Assembly (NCBI RefSeq): GCF_046119375.1
Contig: NW_027362761.1
Coordinates: forward strand, 304,854,001 to 304,918,000
Direction of reading: 5' to 3'
DNA from: Phyllobates terribilis
Taxonomy: Eukaryota
Length of the DNA: 64,000 nucleotides
Of the stretch, positions 11,609 through 23,073 are shown in pieces. Positions within the stretch are counted from its first letter, which is position 1. Every line of letters begins with the position of its first letter. The notes below the pieces were generated by a model. That model searched no databases. It saw nothing but the letters and a program-made list of their open reading frames with translations, and was not told where the DNA came from. Position numbers and translations under genes: made by a program.

Positions 11609-11875
11609 CAAGGCTATGGAGTTGGTATAAAATAATATAATAAATTTGGTACAGTAGCTCAATGCAGGATGTGCTGTAAATGTTTTCATAAGAATTTGGG
11701 AAAGTTATGAAATGTCCTATAAATGTCTGTTCTGTTCCTGCTCTAAGGGTCTCTTTTAGTGGAGATGAATCTGTGCTGCACTTTCTGTACACGCTCAGTA
11801 GTGAGGCAGTGTTGGGGAGTCGGAGTCAGGGAAATTGAGGAGTTGGAGGTTTGGTTTACCGACTCCACAGCCCTG
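11609..11875. mobile_element. hAT MITE; second copy at 43681-43937
   Basis: TIRs CAAGGCTATGGAG / CTCCACAGCCCTG; TSD GTTAAATC / GTTCAATC; interior shared with the copy in gatc intron 3. Confidence 0.75.
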
Positions 11876-12480
11876 GTTCAATCCCACTGTCAATCTCTGA
11901 CAGCAGCATTTAACATGCGCCGACAGGGGCGGCAGCTCTCCACGCTCCCATTAGCGTGCTTGTGTCCTGATCGTGGAGCTCTGATTGTCATGACAGCTGG
12001 GGGTCTGTTGATGTATCATTACAATCCTCTGAACCCTGTGACTGGCGTTCAGAGTAGATTGAGATTTTGTATAGCACAAGCGGTCAGACAATCGCAGCTT
12101 CAAGTCCCCTAAGGAGACAATTGAATACAGTAAAGTGTGGGGAAAAAAGTTTTTTAAAATGTTAAACTAAAGAAACTAATCACCCTTTTTGCCCAATAAA
12201 AAATAAACATTTGGTATCGCTGCATTCGTAAAAGTCAGATCTATCAGTAAGTGGCCTAACGAAAAAAAAAATCTAAAGCCTAAAGAGGTGAACTGCCATA
12301 AGTTACTGTGCATGCAATTTGTAGGTGCATGTTCACACTGCCCACTAAACAGACAAAACCTAAGAAAAACAAAGTGAATAAATAAATAGCAATACTGCGT
12401 GGAAATAATATAGCGTGCTTAGTTAACACCAGGATTATTGATTTTTGGCCGCTGCAAGAGGCGATCAAAACATTGATTTA

Positions 12481-12814
12481 GGCTGCGTGCCCACTTTGCG
12501 GATTACACGCGTTTTTGATGCGGAATTTCCGCAGCTGAAACGCTTGTAAAACGCTTTGTAATCCGCACCCCATGGTCCCCAAGGGGATTCTTCAAGTTCT
12601 ATGCCCACACTGCGGATTTTGCCGCTGCGTTCAAAAATCCGCAGCATGTCCATTAATTTTGCGTTTCCGCAAGCTGAATTGCCTTTTGCAATGCATTAAA
12701 AAACGCAAGGCAATTCCGCATGTGGGAATCACGCGATAAACGCGTGCGGAATTCCGCATACGTTTTTACTTGCAGAAATTTTCTGCTTCATTTCCGCAAC
12801 GTGGGCACATAGCC
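12481..12814. mobile_element. Short Harbinger-like MITE
   Basis: TTA|GGCTGCGTGCCCAC ... GTGGGCACATAGCC|TTA. Confidence 0.8.
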
Positions 12815-12817
12815 TTA

Positions 12818-13615
12818 GGCTGTGCCCACGATGCAGAAATGAAGCAGAAAATTTCTGCAGCATTTCTGCATCTCCCTGGCAGAAAAAAAGGCATGCGGAT
12901 TGTATATGCGTTTTTCCTGCAAAATACATGCAGGTTGTCAAGCGCTTTCCAAGCGATTTTAGCATCACTTGGAAAGTGCTTGACAACTCGGTCACACTAT
13001 ATAAATCCATGCAAACAGCATGGATTTATATAGTGTGACCTGAGAGAATGGTAAAAAATAAAAAAATAAATATATACTTACCCTCCGATGGCCTGCGCTG
13101 GCTTGCTTCGCTCGGTGCCGGCTGCCGGCAGCGGTACACTGAAGGACCTGCCGACGTCAGTGTCGCGTGACCCTTCACATGACTCTGACGTCAGCGCAGG
13201 TCCTTCCATTGCGAAGTGCTGGGAAGCAAGGAGGAGCGCAGCGCGGGCCGCCAGAGGGTAAGTATACATTTATTTTATTCTTTTTTAATAGTACCTGTGT
13301 GTGGATGAGACTCTCCTCTCCACCCGGGTACCATCCGCACATTAGAACGCGCCAATTACGCAAGTACAGATGCAGTCTTGCGGAATTGGCGCGTTCTAAT
13401 GCAAGTCAATAGCGGCGAAAACGCAGCGCTTCCGCAAAATAATTGGTGGTGCTGCGTTTTTTTCCGCAATGATAATCCGCAGTGGAAATTTCCGCAGCAT
13501 GTGCACAGCACATGCGGATTATCATTGGGGAACATTGCTGCCTTTCTACCATGCGTTTTTAATGCGTTTCCGCAGCTGCAGAAACGCATTAAAAATGCAT
13601 CGTGGGCACACAGCT
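12818..13615. mobile_element. Long Harbinger-like MITE abutting the previous copy
   Basis: TTA|GGCTGTGCCCAC ... GTGGGCACACAGCT|TTA. Confidence 0.8.
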
Positions 13616-13880
13616 TTAGGGATGACTGTGTCTGCTGTGGATTATGCTAAGATGGGTGACTATTGCTGCGACGTGCAGTATATTATATGGACGATGATAG
13701 GGGATGCATTATACTTTTGCTATGAAGCCTCGTGAATTTTATGTATGCCCCTGCTGAGTAAAATGGTTTATTTTTTTTTTTTCTACACATTAAAGAGCAG
13801 TGGCAGAACGGGGGACATATACCAAGATAGGGGATATAGCAGAATGTGCAATATATATATATACTAGGATGAGGGACATA

Positions 13881-14750
13881 CAGTGGGGGAAAACAAGTAT
13901 TTGATGCACTACCTATCTTCCAAGTTTTCCCACCTACAAAGAATGGAGAGGTCTGTTATTTTATTTTTTTAACGTAGGTAGACTTCAACTGTGAGACAGA
14001 ATCTAAAAATAAAAAACAGAAAATCACATTGTAAGATTTTTAAATTGCAGATCACATACCAACCACCAAGAATTCTGGCTCTCATAGACTTGTTAGTATT
14101 TCTTTAAGAAGCCCTCCTACTCTGCACTAATTACCTGTATTAATTGCACCTATATGAACTCGTTCCCTATATAAAAGACACCTATCCCCACATTCTCACT
14201 CTCCAGCAGGCCAAGACCAAAGAGCTGTCTAAGGACACCAGGGACAAAATTGTAGACCTGCACAAGGCTAGGATGGGCTACAGCACAATAGGTAAGCAGC
14301 TTGGCTAGAAGGTAACAACAGTTCACACAATTATTAGAAAACAGAAGAAACACAAGATGACTCAATCTTCCTCGGTCTGGGGCTCCATGCAAGATCTTGC
14401 CTTTTGGGTAAGGATGATTCTGAGAAGGGTCAGGAATCAGCCCAGAACTACATGGTAGGACCTGGTCAATGACCTGAAGAGAGCTGGGCCCGCAGTCTCA
14501 AACATTACCGTTCGTAACACATTACGCTGTCATGGATTAAAATCCTCAGGGCACGCAATAGCCCCCTGCTCATGCCAGCACATGTCTAGACCCATTTGAA
14601 GTTTGCCATTGACCATCTGGATGATCCAGAGGAGGCATGGGAGAAGGTTATGTCAGAAAAGACCAAAATAGAACTTTTTGGTATTAACTCCACTCGCCGT
14701 GTTTGGAGGAAGAAGGATGAGTACAACCCCAAGAACACTATCCCAACCAT
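13881..14750 (+). mobile_element. 3'-truncated, degraded Tc1 element
   Basis: TA|CAGTGGGG..AAGTATTTG left end. Transposase remnant (M)[20 protein letters not shown] from about 14208, then KIELFGINSTRRVWRKK..YNPKNTIPT. No catalytic C-terminus or right TIR. Confidence 0.8.
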
Positions 14751-15526
14751 TAACTCAAAAAAGTCTATGGGAGTGAGGGATAAAGCTAGAGCCGAAAAAG
14801 AACTCCCATAAAAAATATATATGGCAAGCAAATTTATTTAACAAATATTCAACAACACATACATTATGAAATCAGTTAAAAAAGGGATGGAAAATGATGT
14901 CACTACAGGTAACAAGTGTGACAAAGTCACTGGTAGTGTGTCAGAAGGGAGGTATGTGACGCTGAGACTCTTAGCCTCAGTACTGTGAAAACATGCGAGT
15001 TCTCCTGCACATTCGGTACCTAGAGAGTTAATAGAACCACATTTACAAGGGAATGTTTTCAGTGGATAACGAAGTGCAGGGAGGGACATTATCCACCATC
15101 CGTCGAGGGAGTGTCTGGGCTTTAAATAGCCAGTGCTGGTGTGTTCAGTACCTGGGTAAACTTGCTCCAGAGTGGAGCTAGCATGGGCTGTGCTGAACCT
15201 GTGTGTGGCTAATTGGGAGTGGCCAGACCTTAGCTGAGATACTGACTGTGCTGCAAGTTTTTGTATTTTGTTTTGTCTCTTTAGCCGAATGGGATGTGTT
15301 CTCTTTATGGACTCCAGGGTAGTTTATGTCTGCTAAATAAACTAACCCGAAAATTTAAAGAGACCGTATCCCATGTTTTACCTCCGCATACAGCCGAGTT
15401 TGGCGCTATACCACAAGTGGTGTTAGAATTGCAGGCAACACTCCAAGCGAACACGTGTGACTGTCACAGGAAGACCTGCATGTCCTGGGTGAAGTCGGCT
15501 GTGAGCCAGCAACTGACGCCGGACAA

Positions 15527-16390
15527 GATAGAGTACCTACTTAAGCATTTGTTCCAGGTGCAGCACCAACAGCAACGAACGCAGCACCAGCAGATGCAAC
15601 AGCAGATGGCGCAACAGGAGACCACCAAACTGCTTATGCCGCAGCTCCAGCAGCAGGCCCACCAGGACAAGTGCCGACAACAACAGCAGTAGATCGATTT
15701 GCTCGCAGAGGCGATCCGTGGCTCTGCACCAGCTCGAACGATAAGGTCAGTGGATGACTTTTCTGTCCGAAGTGATGACGTAGGTTTTCTGATGGTATTC
15801 CAGAGGGTCTGCGAGAGGGAGAGTGCTACCGCCAGAGCAATGGGCAGAGGTGTTGGCGCCATACCTGACTCGGGAACCCCAGAAGGCATATTATGACTTA
15901 GCCTTGCAAGACGCCAAAGAATATGCAAAATTAAAAACTGAAATTTTGGCACGCTTGGTAACAATGACTGTCAGTGCACAGCATGTCCACCGCTGGGCGT
16001 ATCACCACGAGAAACCACCGCGCTCCCAAATGTTTGACCTGTTGCACCTGGTGCAAAAAGGACTGCAACCAGAATCTTCTATCCCGATGCAGATCATAGA
16101 GCGAGTAGTGATGGATCAGTTTGTGCGCTCCTTACCGAGGCCTGTACAGACTTGGGTTGCCCAGGGCGATCCCCGGAACGCTGATGAACTGGTTGAGAAG
16201 TACCAGGGGGTCGAGAGTTCCGTGGGAAAACAACCCACTCCATACTGGGGCTGCCAGTTGGGGGCGGAGGCCCAAAAGGGGGTGGTGCATCCAAGGTCCA
16301 AAGGGACGGAAGAGGTGGTGCCCATGGTCCCCTCGGGAGAGATTTGTTGGCGGTGTCACGGCCCAGGCCTTGTAGCTGCCCTCTGACCTC
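15527..16390 (+). pseudogene. gag: Q-rich N-terminus, SCAN-like capsid, degenerate zinc knuckle
   Basis: WAEVLAPYLT...QKGLQPE...VVMDQFVRSLP..VQTWV; CWRCHGPG; frameshifts and a stop. Confidence 0.8.
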
Positions 16391-16489
16391 TGAATAGACG
16401 GGACTGTAGCCTGGGACGTCGCTGTTCCTACTATGCCTACCCCGTTTGCAGTGTGGACTATCAGCCTGGTGAGGGGCCACAGTCATGTA

Positions 16490-17950
16490 TGGTGACTGTT
16501 AATGGGGTACTGGTGGCAGGAATCCTGGAATCAGGGAGCTTGGTGACTCTCATAAGTGTCTCACCCGGGAGCCGGGCACCCCATGATGCATCACCGTCGT
16601 AGTCAGAGGCAGATGACTTCCCCCTGTGTGTCCTTGTGGGGGACAAAGACGAGGTGGTGACCCCGGAAGACGTCGTCCCAGACTTGGGGGTGCCTGGGGG
16701 GAACTTTAGAACTGCACAGATGCAGGATCTCACCTTGAAATTTGCATTTGACAATGTGTCTCTAATCAATGGGGTTGCTCCGGAGTCGGGGGCTGACACC
16801 AGGTTCCCATATTTTGCACTTAATGGGGAGCTTCTTTATAGGCTAACTAATCCAAAAGGGCAATTAGTAAAGCAGTTGCTACGGCCTGGACCCTATATGC
16901 GTATTTTTTGGGCCTGGCTCATTCTCACATCTTGGGTGGGCAGTTAGGGGTAGATAAGACTCGGGAGCGGGTCCTACAAAAGGTTCTACTGGCCTGGATG
17001 GCACCAGGAGATTGTGAACTACTGCTGGTCATGTCCCACCTGTCAGCTAACGGCTCCCGTGTCCCATTTCCGGAGCCCCCTAGTCCCGTTACCTCTCATA
17101 GAGGTCCCATTTGACTGGATCGCCATGGACCTTGTTGGGCCCCTGGTGAAGTCCGCCGGGGGCCACCAATACATTCTAGTTATATTGGACTATGCTACGC
17201 GATATCCGGAAGCGGTACCATTAAGAAATTCCTCCACTAGAAGTATAGCCAGAGAGCTGGTACATATTTTCTCCCGGACAGGTCTGCCAAGGGAGATCCT
17301 GACGGACCAGGGAACTCCGTTTATATCGAAGGTGATGAGAGAATTGTGTAAGGCCCTCCAAATTACACAACTCCGAATGGCTGTATACCACCCGCAGAAG
17401 GACAGACTGGTAGAACGGTTCAACAAGACCTTAAAGTCGATGTTAAGGAAAGTTGTGGAGAAAGATTGGCGAATCTGGGATGGCCTGCTGCCGTACCTGC
17501 TGTTCTCCATTAGGTAAGTTCCTCAGAGCTCTACAGGGTTCTCGCAGTTTAAACTGCTATACGGATGACACCGTCGGGGACTTCTAAACATAGCAAGGGA
17601 GACCTGGGAGGCAGAGGTTACACCCCACCGGAGTGTCATCGACCATGTGGCCCAAATGCAGGACCGGATCAAAAGGGTAATGCCAATCGTGAAGGAGAGC
17701 CTTCTACAGGCACAAGAAGCCCAGGCGAGGGTCTACAGTGGGGCCGCAAGGCTGAGACAGTTCAGCCCTGGAGATCGGGTGTTGGTACCCACAGTCGAGA
17801 GTAAGGTCCTGGCTAAGTGGCAAGGCGTATGAAGTAGTTGAGAAGCTGAGTGAAGTCAACTACAAGGTCCTCCAGCCGGGTAGAAGGAAGCCGTACCAGA
17901 TCTACCACATCAACTTAGTGAAGCCGTGGCGAGACAGGGAACCAGTGGAT
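16490..17950 (+). pseudogene. pol 5' part: aspartic protease remnant and integrase
   Basis: GILESGSLVTL (cf. LDSGS); CPTC zinc motif; IAMDLVGP / ILTDQGTPF / LVERFNKTLK DDE triad in ORF 17014-17517. Confidence 0.88.
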
Positions 17951-18049
17951 GCTTCATCCCTAGGGGCAAATCCTGAAGCCAGGGTCGAGGATGTTACAGT
18001 GGCAGAGACACTGTCACCGGCCCAGAAACAACAGTGCCGAGAACTCTTG

Positions 18050-19370
18050 CAGAAAAACTGAGACCTGTTCTCAGAATTGCCCGGATGTACGCAAGTTATG
18101 AAGCATGAGATCCTGACGGAACCGCACGTACGGGTGAACCAAGGGCTGTATTGAATTCCCGAAGCCCGCCATGCGATGATCTCGAAGGAGGTGAGGAGAA
18201 TGTTGAGCCTCGGCCTTAAATCGAGGAATCTAAGAGCGGCTGGTCCAGCCAGATTGTTCTTGTGCCTAAGCCGGACGGAGAATGGCGGTTCTGTAACAAT
18301 TTCAGGAAACTAAACGACATGTCCAAGTTTGACGCTTACTCTATGCCCCGGTTCGATGAGCTTATTGAGAGGCTGGGGCCTGCCAGGTACATCACTACCC
18401 TGGACCTAACAAAAGGGTACTGCCAGATTTGCCTGGCCCCAGGGGCCAATGAGAAAACTGCCTTCTCTACATCCGACGGGTTTTTCAATACACTAAGATG
18501 CCATTCGGGCTACAGGGAGCGTCAGCTACCTTCTAGAGGGCCATGGACCGGATTCTGGGCTCACATAAAAAATATTCTGCTGCTTACTTGGACGACTTCG
18601 TGATTTTCAGCCCAGATTGGGGAATCCACCTGCAGAAGGTCCAGGCAGTACTGAATGCATTGAGAAACGCTGAGTTTACCATAAACCCAAGAAAATGCGC
18701 CATAGGAAAGGAAGGGCGAAATACTTGGGCTACGTGGTTGGAAGGGGGCGAAATAAAACTGCAAATGAGCAAGGTGAAGGCAATCCAGAATTGCCCGCTA
18801 TGGGCCTTCAAGGAACAGGTATAGGCCTTTCTGGGTATCTTGAGGTATTATCGGCGGTTTATCTCGAATTTTGCCACAATAGCGGCACCCCTAACAGACT
18901 TACTTAGCGATACGAAGGCGACGATGGCTAAGTGGTCTTCTGAGGCAGAGATAGCGTTCCAGGAGCTGAAACACGCCCTTTGTAACCAGCCGGTCTTGAT
19001 AGCACCTGACTTCCGGAAAGAGTTTGTGCTCCAGACGGACGCCTCAGACGTCTGCATAGGAGCCGTCTTATCGCAGGAGGTAAATGGGGAGGAACACCCC
19101 ATTCTGTACCTGAGCAGAAAACTCTTGGCCTGCGAAAAAAGGAGTGCCTGGCTGTCAAGTGGGCGGTTGATACCCTTAGGTACTACCTATTAGGCTGCAA
19201 ATTCAGACTTGTCTCAGACCATGTCCCCCTGAGATCTATGAGGGAATGGATGGGAAAACACCCGGGTGACCAAGTGGTTCTTGGCCCTCCAGGACTTCAG
19301 TTTTTTGGTAGAGCACAGGCCTGGGAAACTGCATGCGAATGCCGATGCCCTGTCCAGACTTCCCTGTCTA
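18050..19370 (+). pseudogene. pol 3' part: reverse transcriptase and RNase H
   Basis: VPKPDGEWRFC..FRKLN; YLDD at 18585-18596; FVLQTDASDVCIGAVLSQ; KWFLALQDFSFLVEHRPG. Confidence 0.92.
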
Positions 19371-20126
19371 GTGAGGGAAGGTGCCAAAACCCCTGGCTTT
19401 GGGCAGAGGGGGTGGGGAGTATGTGACAAAGTCACGGGTAGTGTGTCAGAAGGGAGGCATCTTAGCCTCAGTGATGTGAAAACATGCGAGTTCTCCTGCA
19501 CATTCGGTACCTAGAGAGTTAATAGAACCACATTTACAAGGGAATGTTTTCAGTGGATAACGAAGTGCAGGGAGGGACATTATCCACCATCCCTCCAATC
19601 GGGGTAGTGTCTGGGCTTTAAACAGCCAAGCCTGACACTCAGGTGTGTTTAGTGCCTGGGGAAATTTTGCTCCAGGAAGGAGCTAACACGGGGTGTGCTG
19701 AACCTGTGCGTGGCTAACTGTGTGTGTGTGGCCAGACCTTGGCCGAGATACAGACTGTGCTGCGAGTTTTGTATTTTGTTTTGTCTCTTTAGCCGAATAT
19801 ATATTATATATTGCATAATAGCCCAGGTAGAACAATGTTCAATACATATTCAAAATTATTTGTGCAAAAAAGCAGTAGTAGCTTGAATATATATATTATA
19901 CATACATGTAACTATATATATATATATTGCACATATACTTGAATTATGTAACATTTGAGATTAAGTCCAATAACAATTATGCAATACAATTCTATCTTAT
20001 GTCTTCATGGTAGTAGAGAATAATATCTTGCTATGAGAGCATGCACTCATGTCTCCACCTAGTGGTGTCAAGAGGAACAACAGTTGTAAGACAAACCTTT
20101 TGCAAATATGTTAGGATGGCAGAAAT

Positions 20127-21494
20127 AATAATTAATAATAATTTTTATTTATATAGCACCAAAATATTCCGCAGCACTTTACAATTAAGCGGGAACATGT
20201 ACAGACAAATTCAATACAAGGCAAGACAGTTTAAACAGTTACATTAGGAGTGAGGTCCCTGCTCGGAAACTTACAATCTACAAGGAAATGGGAGGACACA
20301 ATAGGTGAAAAGTACTTGTTGTTATTTCAGGTCTGGCAATTATAATAAATAGAGATTTTCATAGAAAGCTGCATGATTCGGTCATTAGCCCGTATGTTTA
20401 AATGCAATAATCAAGTATCGAGTAGAGTTATCGTGTGCATGGAGGGTGTGGAGACAGATGAATAGTAGGGAGCAGATTCTGAATAATACTTTGAAGGAGG
20501 GAACAAGGGAAAGTAAGTTTACTGAGTAGTTGAGATGGTAGGCTTGTTTAAAGAGATGGGTTTTTAAAGCACACTTGAAGAGGTGGGGGCTAGGGATCAG
20601 TCGGATCGTCTGGGGTAGTGCATTCCAGAGAACTGGCGCAGCACGAGCGAAGTCTTGGAGATGGAGATGCGAGGTTCAGATTATGGGGGATGTTAGGCTT
20701 AGGTCATTTGTAGAACGGAGGGCACATGTAGGGCGATAGAGATGAGAGAGGAGATATAAGGCGGTGCAGAACTGTGGAGAGCTTTGTGGGTGAGAGTGAT
20801 GAGTTTATATTGGACCCTGTAGCTAATGGATAACCAGTGTAATGACTGGCACAAAGTGGAGGCATCGGTGAAGCGGCTGAAAAGAAATACGACCCTGGCT
20901 GCCATATTCAGGACGGATTGGAGAGGAGAAAGTTTGGCAAGAGGGAGACCGATCAGACAGAAGAGAGTTGCAGTGGTCCAGATGAGAGTGAATAAGAGCG
21001 ACAGTAAGAGTTTTAGCAGTTTCAAAAAGTGAGAAAAAGTCGGATTCTGGAGATGTTTTTAAGATGCAGGTGACAAGAGCGAGTGAGTGATCGGATATAG
21101 GGAATAAAGGAAAGTTTAGTGTCGAATATGACCCCAAGACAGCGAGCATGCTGCTTGGGAGTTATGGTTGAACCCTCCAAGGTAATTTCAATGTTAGGTA
21201 GAGTTAGGTTAGTATAGGGGAGAAACACAAGAAGTTCAGTTTTGGAGAGATTCAGTTTAAGATAGAGGGAGGACATGATGTTAGAGACAGCAGACAATCC
21301 CTGGTATTTTGTAATAGGGTAGGGGTGATGTCAGGGGAAGAAGTGTATAATTGGGTGTCGTCAGCATAGAGATGATACTGGAACCCAAATCTGCTGATTG
21401 TTTGTCCAATAGGGGCAGTGTATAGAGAGAAGAGGAGGGGGCCCAGGACTGAGCCCTGCGGAACTCCGATAGTACGGGGACGAGGAGAGGAAGA
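20127..21494 (-). mobile_element. L2 LINE, 3' segment (RT C-terminus, 3' UTR, ATT-repeat tail)
   Basis: [49 protein letters not shown]; tail GCTGCGGAATATTTTGGTGCTATATAAATAAAAATTATTATT. Confidence 0.9.
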
Positions 21495-23073
21495 ATCCAA
21501 GTTATCTGTAAACAGAAAGATTGTGAGGGAATATTTAGCTAACATAAATGAGTTCAAGTCTCCAGGTCCAGATGAATTACACCCCAGAGTACTGAAGGAG
21601 ATCGTAGAAGAAATTTTAGAACCACTCTCCATAATCTTTGAAAATTCTTGGAGAACAGGAGAAGTCCCAGAAGACTGGAGAAGAGCAAATGTTGTTCCTA
21701 TCTTCAAAAAGGGGAAGAAGGTGGACCCAGGGAACTATAGGCCGGTGAGTCTGACTTCTATACCAGGAAAGATCTTTGAACAAATTATTAAACAACATGT
21801 ATGTAAGTACATGGATAAGAATGAAGTGATTAACCAGAGTCAGCATGGGTTTGTAACTAACAAGTCATGTCAGACTAACTTAATTTCCTTCTATGACAGA
21901 ATCACTGACTGGGTGGATCAGGGAAATGCTGTAGATATAGTATATCTTGACTTCAGCAAAGCATTTGACAAAGTATCTCACACCATCCTTATTGAAAAAA
22001 TGACCAAGTATGCAATGGACCAGGCAACTGTTAGGTGGATTCATAACTGGCTTAGTGATCGGACTCAAAGGGTGGTTGTAAATGGCTTCACATCCAGCTG
22101 GATGAATGTCTCAAGTGGGGTACCACAGGGCTCTGTCCTGGGACCTGTATTGTTCAACATCTTCATCAATGATTTAGATGAAGGAATTGAGGGTAAACTG
22201 ATTAAATTTGCTGATGACACAAAGCTAGGAGGGATAGCTAATACTAGAAAAGAGAGAGAGAGGATTCAAAAAGACCTAAATAAACTGGAGCAGTGGGCAG
22301 CAACCAACAGAATGGTTTTTAACAGGGAAAAATGCAAAGTACTACATCTGGGCAATAAAAATGAAAAAAGCATATACAGAATGGGAGGAATAGAGCTAAG
22401 CAACAGTACATGTGAAAAAGACTTAGGTATACTAATAGATCATAGACTGAACATGAGTCAACAGTGTGATGCAGCAGCAAAAAAGGCAAATACAATTCTG
22501 TGATGTATTAACAGAAGCATACAGTCTAGATCACGTGAAGTCATTATCGGTCTTTACTCCTCTTTGGTCAGACCTCATCTGGAATACAGTTTTGGGCACC
22601 ACATTTTAAAAAAGACAGACAAACTGGAACAAGTTCAGAGAAGAGCGACCAGAATGGTGACTGGTCTGCAAACCATGTCCTATGAGGAACGGTTGCAGGA
22701 TTTGGGAATGTTTAGCTTGCAAAAAAGAAGACTGAGAGGAGACTTAATAGCTGTCTACAAATATGTCAAGGGCTGTCACATTGTAGAAGGATCATCTTTA
22801 TTCTCATTTTCACAAGGAAAGACTAGAAGCAATGGGATGAAACTGAATGGGAGGAGACACAGATTAGATATTAGAAAAAACTTTTTGACAGTTAGGGTGA
22901 TCAATGAGTGGAACAGGCTGCCAAGAGAGGTGGTGAGTTCCCCTTCAATGGACGTCTTCAAACAGAGGCTGGACAGACATCTGTCTGAGATGATTTAGTG
23001 AATCCTGCTTTGAGCAGGCGGTTGGACCAGATGACCCAGGAGGTCCCTTCCAACTCTACCATTCTATGATTCT
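21495..23073 (+). mobile_element. 5'-truncated CR1 LINE inserted into the L2
   Basis: [47 protein letters not shown]; 3' end GGTCCCTTCCAAC..ATTCTATGATTCT; AAGA on both flanks. Confidence 0.95.

Larger units (their letters stand above)
14917..19798 (+). mobile_element. Gmr1-like Ty3/Gypsy LTR retrotransposon (defective)
   Basis: 5' LTR 14917-15415 (TG...CA), PBS-like TGGTGTTAGAA at 15418, gag, PR, IN, RT, RH, PPT 19401-19421, and a 3' LTR from 19422 truncated near 19798. Confidence 0.92.

Noticed and set aside
15294-15692. Poly-glutamine host gene
   Set aside because: The Q-rich stretch follows the LTR and PBS and is the N-terminus of the retrotransposon gag.
21418-22503. 361-aa ORF as a novel L2-CR1 fusion protein
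   Set aside because: It starts at a GTG in the antisense frame of the L2 and merely runs into the 5'-truncated CR1 RT. No promoter or ATG context supports it.
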